Source: Terriglobia bacterium (GTDB lineage Bacteria > Acidobacteriota > Terriglobia > 20CM-2-55-15). From it: a DNA stretch of 64,000 bases. Position numbers and translations under genes: made by a program. Below are positions 47,764-57,193 of the stretch, one piece after another. The notes beneath the pieces were generated by a model. That model ran no database searches, was not told the DNA's origin, and saw only the letters and a program-made list of their open reading frames with translations. The stretch lies in contig CBDCLE010000005.1 of NCBI GenBank assembly GCA_965218585.1, positions 136,320-200,319 on the forward strand. Reading direction: 5' to 3'. Within the stretch, counting starts at the first letter, position 1, and the number at the start of each line of letters is the position of its first letter.

Positions 47764-48732
47764 ATGGCGCTAACCCGTGATCTATCAAGGTTTAAGCCGA
47801 CCAAGGCTTGTTCCCTTCCCTCGCCTGCTCGAATCTCGTTGGCGTTTCTCGGGTCGATAACCTGTGTGCTTCTTTCTGCCGGACCCGGCCGGGCCCAGGA
47901 GTCCGAGTTCACCCTGAACGTCAACGTCGACCTTGTCGAGCTCAGCGTCACCGTACTCGATGAGAACGAGCGTCACGTCACCGGACTCGAAGCCCTCAGC
48001 TTTGAAGTCTTTGAAGACTCTGTGCAGCAGGATATCTCCCTGTTCCTGCATGAGGACCGGCCCGTGAGTCTTGGACTTGTTATCGACAACAGCCGAAGTA
48101 TGGAGCGTAAGAAAGAACGCGTGGACGCTGCCGCCCTTTCGTTCGTGCGTTTGAGTAACCCCCAGGACGAAGCTTTCCTCATCCATTTTGACGACACGGT
48201 CCGGCTGGAGGAGGATTTCACCTCCGACATCGAGGTTCTGGAACAGATTCTGGGCACGATCAGTCCATACGGCCAGACTTCCCTTTTTGATGCACTCATG
48301 ATGTCACTGGAAAAAATCAAAGAAGGTCGATACGACGAGCAAGCGATTCTTCTTGTCAGCGATGGCGCCGACAATGCCAGCGTTGCAGTCTATGAGCAGG
48401 TATTAGAAAACGTGCGCCAGTCGGAGGCCGCCGTGTACCCGATCGGCGTCTTAAACGACTCCCAGGCGGGTCTGGAAGCACGGTCGGCTCTCGAGGCCTT
48501 GGCTGAAGCCAGTGGAGGGCGTGCCTTTTTCCCCGAGACCGCCAATGAGATTCCACAGATTACCGAGATCATCGCACGCGAGTTGCGGGAACTCTATACG
48601 TTGGGGTACGTGCCCACGAACTCCCGCCGTGACGGCACATGGCGATCGGTCCGGGTTTATGTCCCGACGCCTCCGGAAACACCTCGCTTTGAGATCAATT
48701 ACAGACACGGCTATTACGCGCCGGGGCCGTAA
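47764..48732 (+). CDS. VWA domain protein (acidobacterial VWFA type)
   Basis: NVDLVELSVTV, FEVFED, MIDAS DNSRSM, VSDGADN, SGGRAFFP and YTLGYVP motifs. Confidence 0.88.
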   Translation: MALTRDLSRFKPTKACSLPSPARISLAFLGSITCVLLSAGPGRAQESEFTLNVNVDLVELSVTVLDENERHVTGLEALSFEVFEDSVQQDISLFLHEDRPVSLGLVIDNSRSMERKKERVDAAALSFVRLSNPQDEAFLIHFDDTVRLEEDFTSDIEVLEQILGTISPYGQTSLFDALMMSLEKIKEGRYDEQAILLVSDGADNASVAVYEQVLENVRQSEAAVYPIGVLNDSQAGLEARSALEALAEASGGRAFFPETANEIPQITEIIARELRELYTLGYVPTNSRRDGTWRSVRVYVPTPPETPRFEINYRHGYYAPGP

Positions 48733-48746
48733 GGCTGATTCCTGTC

Positions 48747-49496
48747 TTACAGTTTCGTGAGAATCACCGGACCCTCAGGAGTCACGGCGATGGTGTGTTC
48801 GTAATGCGCGGATGGTTTTTCGTCGAGCGTCACGACGGTCCAGCCGTCGTCGAGGATCTTCACTTTCTCGGTTCCCAGGTTGATCATCGGTTCTAAGGCA
48901 AGGACGAGACCCGGTTTGATTCTCGGCCCTTTACCGTTCTGGACGTAATTGAGGACGGGAGGGTCTTCATGGAGCGCTCGCCCGATTCCATGGCCGCAGA
49001 ATTCACGAACGATGCCGTAGTTGTGAGGTTCGACCGTTCCCTGGATGGCAGCGGAGACGTCCGCGAGATAGTTTCCGGGCTGCATCTGCTCAATCCCACG
49101 ATATAGAGACTCTTCGGTCACCCGCATCAATTCCTTCACTTCCGGTGGGACATCTCCGATCGCGATCGTCATAGCATGGTCGCCCACGAAGTCGTCGTAC
49201 GTGATTCCAAAGTCGATCCCAAGGATGTCGCCATCTTTCAGAACATTCTGTTTCGAAGGAATACCGTGAACCACCTCGTGGTTGATCGACGTGCACAGTG
49301 AGGCCGGAAATCCCCGGTAGCCCTTGAAAGTAGGTTTCCCTTTTCTCTTGATCGCTTCTTCCTCGGCTATCTTATCGAGATCATAGGTTGAAGCACCGGC
49401 CACACAGTTCTCACGGACGATCGCGAGAATCTCGGCGTTGATCGCCGCCGGGGCCTTCATGCGTTCGATCTCCCGGGGTGTTTTCAGTTGAATCAT
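48747..49496 (-). CDS. map: Methionine aminopeptidase type I
   Basis: CTSINHEVVHGIP, CGHGIG, LEPMIN and SAHYEHT motifs. Confidence 0.97.
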   Translation of the reverse strand: MIQLKTPREIERMKAPAAINAEILAIVRENCVAGASTYDLDKIAEEEAIKRKGKPTFKGYRGFPASLCTSINHEVVHGIPSKQNVLKDGDILGIDFGITYDDFVGDHAMTIAIGDVPPEVKELMRVTEESLYRGIEQMQPGNYLADVSAAIQGTVEPHNYGIVREFCGHGIGRALHEDPPVLNYVQNGKGPRIKPGLVLALEPMINLGTEKVKILDDGWTVVTLDEKPSAHYEHTIAVTPEGPVILTKL

Positions 49497-49565
49497 CGTT
49501 GACCTTGCCTTGGGAACCTATACCGGCGCTAATCTAATTCTAACAAGGTATAATCCTGGATCACA

Positions 49566-50120
49566 ATGGAGGCCAAAAAAACGATGGAAGGCCAGCTCAG
49601 CGGCAAGAACGTACTCCTGATCGTTCCCCCCACTCAGTTCCGGGAGGAGGAGGTGTTCGAGCCGAAGCGGATACTCGAGAAAGAAGGTGCGGATCTGGTT
49701 GTGGCTTCAACCAGCGCCCGAATCTGCCACGGAACACGCGAAGGTGTGATTGAAGCAACGCTAGGGATGGAAGACGCGAGTGCGGCATCCTTCGACGCCG
49801 TCGTCCTGGCCGGTGGACTGTCTGTCCCCGATTTCTTCTGGAAGGACGAGAAGCTCGCCGCACTGGTCACCGAGATGTCCGAGGCTGGAAAAATCGTCGC
49901 CGCAATCTCTCTCTCTACGGTTGTTCTGGCAAAGGCCAAGTTGCTTGAAGGCCGTGAAGCCACTGTGTACTACCTGCCTGAAGCACTCGATGAGCTCAAG
50001 ACCGGAGGGGCCACTTACGTTGAGAAGAAACTTATCGTTGACGGCAACCTGATTATGGCTGAAGGCCCGGATACTGTGAGCTCCTTTACCAGCGCAATCG
50101 TTTCTGCACTGGCCGAATAG
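49566..50120 (+). CDS. DJ-1/PfpI family protein (nucleophile position Ser)
   Basis: FREEE, FDAVVLAGG, KIVAAISLS and DGNLIMAEGP motifs. Confidence 0.85.
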   Translation: MEAKKTMEGQLSGKNVLLIVPPTQFREEEVFEPKRILEKEGADLVVASTSARICHGTREGVIEATLGMEDASAASFDAVVLAGGLSVPDFFWKDEKLAALVTEMSEAGKIVAAISLSTVVLAKAKLLEGREATVYYLPEALDELKTGGATYVEKKLIVDGNLIMAEGPDTVSSFTSAIVSALAE

Positions 50121-51589
50121 TACTACTGTGTTACAAACGAAGCGGTCCACAGAACGGACCACGAGGAAGCTGCTGAATCAGGAAGCGGGCGATGCGAATG
50201 CGAAGCGTGGCAATCGAGCAGGGGTTATGTCGTTCGGGCCGGATCCGGGGTTCCGCGGGGTTTGAAGTGTTTGGGGAGTTTGGGGACGGATAGTCCAACA
50301 TGCTCGACAAATGCAGAGGGGGAAAAACGGCTCCGCTCGGCGACCAGGAACCCATAAGAGGCAATACATAAGGTGCCATGATGGTGAAATCCACGCCAGC
50401 CGCGACCTTCGTAGTGTCCCAGACCGAGTTCCTGCTTGAGTTCCTGATAGTCGCGTTCGATGATCCAGCGCTGTTTGGCCTGACCGGCCAGATCGGAAAG
50501 CGAGGTATGGGCCCCAAGAGTGGAGAGCCAGTACCGGATCGGTTCGGATGCGGTCTTGGGCCACTCGACCAACAACCACTCTTTCGGATGCGGCGAGTGG
50601 CGCTCGTGATCCAGATGAGCGGGACGAATGCGAACTGCGGCGAAACGGGAACGCAGGGTCTCGGAGGTGCCTTCGCGCCAGGAGACGTTCTTCCAACGCT
50701 GGGGAGACAACGAGAGGGCCAGTTGCTTGACCGAAACCGGTTGATGTTTCTTGTTGCGCTGCATGCGGGTCGGTGTCCGTCCGCGGCCGGTCAAGGATTT
50801 CGGCGGCAAGGGACCCTGGCCCGGTTTCCACACGGTCGTGGTGCCTTGCACCCCTAGGACGTAGCTAAGTCCGAGTTCGGTGATGCCGTGCCGGAACTTG
50901 TAGTTGTTGCCGTAGGCCGTATCGCCCAGAACCGGTGCCGGAGCAATGCCGTCATCGACGGCCTGCCGGATTTGTTCCAAAGCAATTTGAGGTTTAGTTT
51001 GAAATCGAACGTCTTCGGGAATAGCGGCTTTGCTTCGACGTTCCGGATCCTTCGCCCAGGTCTCGGGGAGGTAGAGTCGCCATGCCACCGGCAAGCTGGA
51101 TTTCGCTGTCGCCACCGACAGGCTCACCGCCACCCGGCAGTTCTCAGGTTTGCCGACCTGTCCACAGTATTGCCGGGCCACACCCACCGAGTGGGTCCCC
51201 TTTTTCACGAATCCGGTGTCGTCGACAATCCAGGCTTCAATCGGACCGTTGGCTTCCATCGCCCCCAGCGCGTACTGTCGAACTTCTGCCAACAGAGCCG
51301 CATCGTCCCAGGGCGCATCCGCGACCAGATGATGTAGCGACTGGTGCATTCGGCGTACATTATCCGGAGCCAATCGTGCAGCCATCGGCTCCACACTCTT
51401 ACGTTTGATCGGCAGCAACAACCCGGTGCAGTACGACTTCAACGGTTCATGACGATCGGCGTGTCCTGCGGCCGACGCCAGGCGTTCCAAATAGGCCGCA
51501 AAACGTTTTTCCTGAGTGCCTGGCGCCTTCGATTTGGCGCTCATGACCGGATGCTAACATAAAATAGGCCGTTTGTAACACAGTAGTAC
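50120..51589 (-). mobile_element. IS701-family insertion sequence
   Basis: 20-bp perfect terminal inverted repeats GTACTACTGTGTTACAAACG / CGTTTGTAACACAGTAGTAC; TA(G) on both sides; single transposase ORF. Confidence 0.93.
50225..51544 (-). CDS. IS701 family DDE transposase
   Basis: RKSVEPMAA, IVDDTGFVKKGTHSVGVARQYCG, LGDTAYG and RWIIERDYQELKQELGLGHYEGR motifs. Confidence 0.95.
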   Translation of the reverse strand: MSAKSKAPGTQEKRFAAYLERLASAAGHADRHEPLKSYCTGLLLPIKRKSVEPMAARLAPDNVRRMHQSLHHLVADAPWDDAALLAEVRQYALGAMEANGPIEAWIVDDTGFVKKGTHSVGVARQYCGQVGKPENCRVAVSLSVATAKSSLPVAWRLYLPETWAKDPERRSKAAIPEDVRFQTKPQIALEQIRQAVDDGIAPAPVLGDTAYGNNYKFRHGITELGLSYVLGVQGTTTVWKPGQGPLPPKSLTGRGRTPTRMQRNKKHQPVSVKQLALSLSPQRWKNVSWREGTSETLRSRFAAVRIRPAHLDHERHSPHPKEWLLVEWPKTASEPIRYWLSTLGAHTSLSDLAGQAKQRWIIERDYQELKQELGLGHYEGRGWRGFHHHGTLCIASYGFLVAERSRFSPSAFVEHVGLSVPKLPKHFKPRGTPDPARTT

Positions 51590-51603
51590 TAGGTCTTCGG
51601 TCG

Positions 51604-51643
51604 TTAATTCGATTTAATTCAGGGACAGTTAATTCGGGGACTG
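51604..51643. repeat. Truncated tandem TTAATTC(A/G)GGGAC units (subfamily 2 remnants)
   Basis: TTAATTC at 51604, 51614 and 51629; the last unit overlaps the stop of 51629-52015. Confidence 0.65.
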
Positions 51644-52015
51644 AATGACTTTCACGCTGAAGGTCGTCTCGCGTACCAATTCGCCTGAAAGGAATATCTG
51701 CAACGTGTAGGTGCCGGGTTCGGCGAATGAGACGTTCGTGAAGAAAGTGATGTTGTCGGCAGGGCCTGGATTGGCAATAGTAAACGGCGAGGGCGTGGAA
51801 CGGGCTGTTTGCTTACCCTGGGGATCCAGTATTCGCACTTCAGTCTGAAACTCTCCCTGGCCTTCCCAGTGATTCACGACGGCGAACTTGATCACGCCGG
51901 CTGGAAATTTGGGGACGTAAACGTTCTGGAAGACTCCCATCAGAGATATCTTGTTGCCCGCCTCCAGGCGGACATCGTCACAGAGGATTGAGTACGTAAG
52001 GGTTGCTGAATCCAT
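51629..52015 (-). CDS. Conserved hypothetical protein (DUF6941-like)
   Basis: RBS GGAGG; ILCDDVRLEAGNKISLMGVF and PGTYTLQI motifs; end of the ldcA-mpl operon. Confidence 0.65.
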   Translation of the reverse strand: MDSATLTYSILCDDVRLEAGNKISLMGVFQNVYVPKFPAGVIKFAVVNHWEGQGEFQTEVRILDPQGKQTARSTPSPFTIANPGPADNITFFTNVSFAEPGTYTLQIFLSGELVRETTFSVKVIQSPN

Positions 52016-52026
52016 CGAATCCTCCT

Positions 52027-53469
52027 TTATCCCGTCGCCACCGGATCAGTGCCGTCAATCGACTCCTGCCTCAGCCGGTCTAGCAAACGGCGGTGGATAT
52101 CATCAAAACCGCCATTTGACATGACCACGACTCGATCGCCGGGCCCGGCGTGGGCTGCGACGAAATCCACTATTTCTTCAGACGAGTCCATAACATGCAC
52201 CTGACCCCCGTCGCGGTTGGCTCGATCGGCCACGCGTTCGGGAGATAGTACGCCGTCTGGTTCCAGGTGCGTAGCTGAATAAACGGGGGCGATGAGAGCC
52301 ACGTCCGCGATGCCGAGAGCATCTGAAAATTCGTTTTCGAAAATCCGGCGCCGTGAGGTCTGAGAACGCGGTTCGAAGATAGCCCATACGCGCGAATCCG
52401 GGAACTGGGCCCGAACGCCTCTCAGTGTTTCGCGAACGGCCGTCGGGTGATGGGCGAAATCATCGTAGATGGTGACGCCAGACACCTCTCCTAGAATCTC
52501 CAGTCGCCTCCGTACGTTTTTGAACCCGGCCAGCGCGGAGTGGATCGCCTCTCTGGACAGCCCCAGATGATGGGCGGCGATGACGGCGGCGAGCGCATTC
52601 GAGACGTTGAACTCTCCAACGAGCGGAGTCCAGACCGTATGCCAGAGGTGTCCGTCTCTGAGGACGTCGAACCGGGTCCCTCCTTCCTGGGCGTGTATGT
52701 TCCCCGTCGTCCAGTCGCCGGAGGTCAGACCAAATGTCTGGACCGGAGCCGGGGCATCTGCCAACACATCCCGAACGGCGGGACTTTCAACCCCAGCAAC
52801 GATCAATCCAGACCGCGGAACAATATTTATCAATCTTCGAAAGGACAACTGGATCTGTTCGAGATCCCGGTAGATGTCTGCGTGGTCGAACTCTATGTTC
52901 TTGATCAGAGCGATGTGAGGAAGATAGTGGAGAAACTTTGGTCCTTTATCAAAGAACGCTGTGTCGTATTCATCGCCTTCGATTACGAAGTCGCCCCCGC
53001 TCCCGATCCGGTAGCTGCTTCGGAAATTTTCGGCGATGCCCCCCACAAGGAAAGAAGGATCGAGACCTCCGGAATGGAGAATCCAGGAGAGGAGGGCCGT
53101 CGTCGTCGTCTTCCCATGTGTCCCGGCGACGACAGTCGATCGCCGATCCCGGATAAAGAACTCCTTAACAGTCTCCGCCATGGATTTATAAGACAGGCCT
53201 TCGTCGAGGACGTATTCGATTTCGGGGTTTCCTCTCGATAACGTATTCCCGATGACCACCAGGTCGGGAGCGGCCTTCTTTATATTCGTTTCAGAAAACC
53301 CTTCGGTCACAGGTATGCCGAGGCCTTCCAGAAAGGTGGACATCGGGGGATACACGGCCTGGTCGGAACCGGATACGCTGTACCCCGTTTCAGCCAGCAT
53401 CCCGGCCAGCGATGCCATAGCCGTGCCGCATATTCCCGAGAGAAAGACTTTCTTGATTTCGGTGTTCAC
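52027..53469 (-). CDS. mpl: Murein peptide ligase Mpl
   Basis: GICGTAMASLA, VYPPMST, AGTHGKTTT, EGDEYDTAFFDKGPKF, DDFAHHPTA and MSNGGF motifs. Confidence 0.94.
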   Translation of the reverse strand: MNTEIKKVFLSGICGTAMASLAGMLAETGYSVSGSDQAVYPPMSTFLEGLGIPVTEGFSETNIKKAAPDLVVIGNTLSRGNPEIEYVLDEGLSYKSMAETVKEFFIRDRRSTVVAGTHGKTTTTALLSWILHSGGLDPSFLVGGIAENFRSSYRIGSGGDFVIEGDEYDTAFFDKGPKFLHYLPHIALIKNIEFDHADIYRDLEQIQLSFRRLINIVPRSGLIVAGVESPAVRDVLADAPAPVQTFGLTSGDWTTGNIHAQEGGTRFDVLRDGHLWHTVWTPLVGEFNVSNALAAVIAAHHLGLSREAIHSALAGFKNVRRRLEILGEVSGVTIYDDFAHHPTAVRETLRGVRAQFPDSRVWAIFEPRSQTSRRRIFENEFSDALGIADVALIAPVYSATHLEPDGVLSPERVADRANRDGGQVHVMDSSEEIVDFVAAHAGPGDRVVVMSNGGFDDIHRRLLDRLRQESIDGTDPVATG

Positions 53470-53479
53470 TCGCGGGTTC

Positions 53480-54415
53480 TTATCCTTCTACTGCGGGTTC
53501 CAAAAGTTCGAAACGTGGAGTGTCTTCAAGGGAGAGCCGGGCTGGTACGCCAAAGGGGACGATCACATTCGGTTTAGATGCGTGGCCGGTTGGAAAACCG
53601 AAAAGGATAGGCACGTTCAGATCTGCTAGTGTATCGCCGATGACGTCGTCGATCGTATAGCCCTGCTCGGGATGTTGCACCGATCCCGGCATCTCACCCA
53701 AAACGAAACCCCGGACCGAGTCGAATTTTCCTGCTTGTCTCAGTTGGGTGAGCATGCGGTCCACCTGATAGGGGCGGCAGTCGGCGTCCTCCAGGATCAG
53801 GATCGCATCCGCCGTGTCGATCTCCCACGGTGTTCCCAGGGTCGAGACGACCAGGGAAAGACACCCGCCGGTCAATCGCCCTTCCGCTCGGCCGTTGTGA
53901 AGAATACTGCAGCCCTCTGTGGAGAATTGGATCACCTCTGCGCCCTCAAGCATCCGAACGAGGAGATCTCTCTCGTAGCCGAGGGCTCCCTGCCGAATGG
54001 ATGTGGCGACCATCGGACCGTGAAATACCACCAGGCCCGCGGCCTCGAAAGCCGCCAGGAGCATCGTCACATCGCTGCATCCACAGAAAATCTTAGGGTG
54101 TTCCCGGATTTCCTCTCGGTCGATATAGGGCAATATCTGGCCGCTACCGTAGCCGCCGCGTGCACAAAAAATGGCGTGTACGTCGTCGTCCAGCAACATC
54201 GACCGCAGCGCTTCGGCTCTTTGGCTGACCGGTCCGGCGGTGTATCGATCCAGGTCCAGAATGCCTTCTGCAACACGGGTTTTGAATCCGAGGGATTCCA
54301 GTTCCGCCAGGCCCGCGTTCAGCATTTCAGCCTTGAGATTGCTCCCCGGCGCAATGACGCCGATCGTGTCTCCCCTGCGGAGGGCTCGGGGCTTGATTGA
54401 TTCCTGACTGGGCAT
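53480..54415 (-). CDS. ldcA: LD-carboxypeptidase (S66)
   Basis: IGVIAPGS, ARGGYG, GCSDVT, FHGPM, LILED and TGH motifs. Confidence 0.9.
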   Translation of the reverse strand: MPSQESIKPRALRRGDTIGVIAPGSNLKAEMLNAGLAELESLGFKTRVAEGILDLDRYTAGPVSQRAEALRSMLLDDDVHAIFCARGGYGSGQILPYIDREEIREHPKIFCGCSDVTMLLAAFEAAGLVVFHGPMVATSIRQGALGYERDLLVRMLEGAEVIQFSTEGCSILHNGRAEGRLTGGCLSLVVSTLGTPWEIDTADAILILEDADCRPYQVDRMLTQLRQAGKFDSVRGFVLGEMPGSVQHPEQGYTIDDVIGDTLADLNVPILFGFPTGHASKPNVIVPFGVPARLSLEDTPRFELLEPAVEG

Positions 54416-54423
54416 GCCCTATC

Positions 54424-55410
54424 TCACGACCGCCGTTTTTCCCACGCCTCGGCGTTCACCAGGTTTGCGGGGTGTTCTCCGTTTAAACCGGCCAAGAGGT
54501 TTTGGCTGGCCATCATGCACATTCGTAGCCGCGTTTCATGGGAGCTGCTCGCGATATGAGGCGCCAGCACGGCGTTGTCGAGTTCCGTAAGGCCGTCTTC
54601 GAGGGCAGGTTCGCGCTCGTAAACATCGAGTCCCGCTCCGGCGATCGTGCCACTGCCGAGCGCGGCGACCAGAGCCTTCTCATCGACGATCGGGCCACGC
54701 GAGGTGTTGACAAGGATCGCCGTTTCTTTCATGGACGCGAGTGCTGCATCATCGACAAGGTGGTGCGTACTATCGAGAAGTGGAACGTGGAGGCTCACGA
54801 AATCGGATTCCTTCAGCAGTCCGTCCAAGCTGACGACCTCTACTCCAAGATCGGCCACAATGTCGTCAGGCACCGGATGCGCATCGCAGGCGAGGATTCG
54901 CATTCCAAATCCACTCGCTCTTCGGGCAACCGCCTGCCCGATCCGTCCCAGGCCCACGATGCCCAGAACCTTGCCAAATACGTCATGGCCCAGAAGCATA
55001 CGAGGCCCCCAGGCGTCGAATCTTCCTTCCCGCACGAAACGGTCTCCCTCGACCGCACGGCGCGCCGTGGCCAGCATCAGCGTCCATGCGAAATCGGCAG
55101 TCGTCTCGGTCAGAACGCCCGGTGTGTTTGTGACCAGAATGCCGCGCTCTGTCGCGGCGTCGATGTCGATGTTGTTGAAGCCCACCGCGAAATTGGCGAC
55201 GACTTTCAGTTTGGGACATCGATCCATCAGGTCCCGATCGATGGAGTCTGTAAGCAGAGTAAGCACGCCGTCCACGTCGGAAAGACCGGCTTCCAGTTCG
55301 TCCGGGTCCAGGACCCGGTCGGTTCGGTTCCCAGCGACGTCGACGTGCTCCTTCAGGAAGGAAACCGCCTCGTCGAACACCCGCCGGGTCACGAAGATCT
55401 TTCCAGGCAC
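54424..55410 (-). CDS. D-2-hydroxyacid dehydrogenase (glyoxylate reductase / D-glycerate dehydrogenase)
   Basis: NFAVGFNNID, TNTPGVLTETTAD, GLGRIG, NTSRG, GLDVYE and PHIAS motifs. Start chosen at GTG 55410 after a GGAG RBS. Confidence 0.9.
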   Translation of the reverse strand: MPGKIFVTRRVFDEAVSFLKEHVDVAGNRTDRVLDPDELEAGLSDVDGVLTLLTDSIDRDLMDRCPKLKVVANFAVGFNNIDIDAATERGILVTNTPGVLTETTADFAWTLMLATARRAVEGDRFVREGRFDAWGPRMLLGHDVFGKVLGIVGLGRIGQAVARRASGFGMRILACDAHPVPDDIVADLGVEVVSLDGLLKESDFVSLHVPLLDSTHHLVDDAALASMKETAILVNTSRGPIVDEKALVAALGSGTIAGAGLDVYEREPALEDGLTELDNAVLAPHIASSSHETRLRMCMMASQNLLAGLNGEHPANLVNAEAWEKRRS

Positions 55411-55569
55411 ATCAATACTCCAAACCAAGGGCACCGCTGAGCTTAAGCTATCCCGGCCCTTGCCGGGGGGCCCGGGAACCATTGTCGGCTTGGACACACT
55501 TGAAGTTCTCAAGCCTATGATATAATTCGTAGCTTTGTCGAACCTGATTAGCAATAGGAGTTGGATGGA

Positions 55570-57006
55570 ATGAATCGTGTTTCACTTCTTGCTGCGGCCT
55601 TACTCCTGCTCGGCGCTTGTAGCGCGCCAGCGGAAACCGAGTCCACCGAACCCGATAGCGTCGTAACGTTTTTTGAAGGTGGCCGGGCAATTCTCGGCAA
55701 CGGGAGCGAAGTTATAGAAGACGTTGCCTTCATCGTGAATGAAGGAATCATAACGGCGATCGGACCTGTGGCTGAAGTCGAGCACCCTCCGGGCGCCGAA
55801 CGCTTCGACCTTTCCGATCACACCGCAGTGCCCTTCCTCCACAACATGCACGGACACGTGGGATACCTCGACCGTTTCGGCGAAATGGATGAGGCACAGT
55901 ACACGCGTGACAACATTCTTGTCGATCTCGACCGCTACCTCTATTACGGAGTGGGGTCGGTCGCCGTCCTGGGATCTGACCGGGACGACACGACGCTCCA
56001 GATCCGTAACGAGCTCGGGAGCGGGGCCCTGGACACGGCGCAGGTCTTGACTGCCGGGCGCGGCATCACAGCAAGAAACGGGTTCCCGCTGCGAATTGAC
56101 CCGTTGTCGGACGTTCCGTATCAGGTCGGAAACGAGGATGAGGCGCGTGGAGCGGTTCAGGAACTGGTGGCTCAAGGTGTCGACTTCGTGAAGATCTGGC
56201 TGGACGATGATCGGCGCGTTTCCGGTCAGATTTTTCGTTTCGGGCAGCTGACGAACCAGTATTCGACAGTGACGAAGCTCAGCCCTGCGCTCTACGGGGC
56301 CATCATCGACGAAGCACACCAGTCGAACGTCAGGGTCGTGGCTCACGTCCGCTATCTCGCCGATGCCAAGGGCCTGGTCGATGCCGGCGTGGACGGCCTT
56401 GTTCACAGCATTCGCGACCGTGCGGTCGACAACGCCCTGATCGATGCGATGCTCGAAAATGGCACTTTTTATGTCCCGACGTTGACTGGACACGAATCCA
56501 CCTTTATTTATGCAGATGAACCGGCATGGTTGCGTGAGGGCTCCTTACGCGAAAGCGTGTCGGGTGCAATCATCGGCCGTCTGTCGAGCCGCGGAATTGT
56601 GGGAACGATGCAACAGGATCCGAACCTGCCGATCTGGCGACAGGAGTTCGAGACCGCTTTGGAGAACTTCAAGGCGCTCTACGATGCCGGCGTGTCCGTC
56701 GGACTGGGAACCGATTCAGGCGGAACATACAGATTCCCGGGATTTTTTGAACATCGCGAACTGGAGCTGATGGTTCAGGCCGGACTGACGCCTCTCCAGG
56801 CAATTACCGTGGGCACGCAGGATTCAGCCCGAATTCTGGGACTGGAAAACACCGGCACGCTCGAGGTGGGAATGAGAGGTGACTTCATCATCGTGCCTGA
56901 CGATCCCCTGGGAGAAATCAGTGCGACCCGCAACATCGCTGAAGTGTTCCGTGGCGGCATACAGATGGAGCGATCCACAATGATGAGCACTTTTACTGCG
57001 AATTGA
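55570..57006 (+). CDS. Amidohydrolase-family lipoprotein
   Basis: Lipobox LGAC; NMHGH, FVKIW, VAH, LVH, GTDSG and GTLEVG motifs. Confidence 0.85.
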   Translation: MNRVSLLAAALLLLGACSAPAETESTEPDSVVTFFEGGRAILGNGSEVIEDVAFIVNEGIITAIGPVAEVEHPPGAERFDLSDHTAVPFLHNMHGHVGYLDRFGEMDEAQYTRDNILVDLDRYLYYGVGSVAVLGSDRDDTTLQIRNELGSGALDTAQVLTAGRGITARNGFPLRIDPLSDVPYQVGNEDEARGAVQELVAQGVDFVKIWLDDDRRVSGQIFRFGQLTNQYSTVTKLSPALYGAIIDEAHQSNVRVVAHVRYLADAKGLVDAGVDGLVHSIRDRAVDNALIDAMLENGTFYVPTLTGHESTFIYADEPAWLREGSLRESVSGAIIGRLSSRGIVGTMQQDPNLPIWRQEFETALENFKALYDAGVSVGLGTDSGGTYRFPGFFEHRELELMVQAGLTPLQAITVGTQDSARILGLENTGTLEVGMRGDFIIVPDDPLGEISATRNIAEVFRGGIQMERSTMMSTFTAN

Positions 57007-57193
57007 TCCAAGACAACAGGGGTGGTTGCCGACGAGGCAGGTGCCCCGCAATTTCGCCCGATCCGGCAGAATCGGATCTATCCTTCCGTTTCACTTTCTT
57101 TTCGCTGAGTTTCTGAAGAACACGGCCGAACCCAAGTTGGGGACTAAAGCAGCCGAAAGGGCTCCCAAGCTCGCACACAGAAGGAAACGCCCT

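Noticed and set aside
57007-57193. Glycine riboswitch upstream of gcvT
   Set aside because: The GGAGA...CCGAAG...CTCTCAGG core is not recognisable; only a modest hairpin (about 57137-57169) is present. An Rfam scan would settle it.
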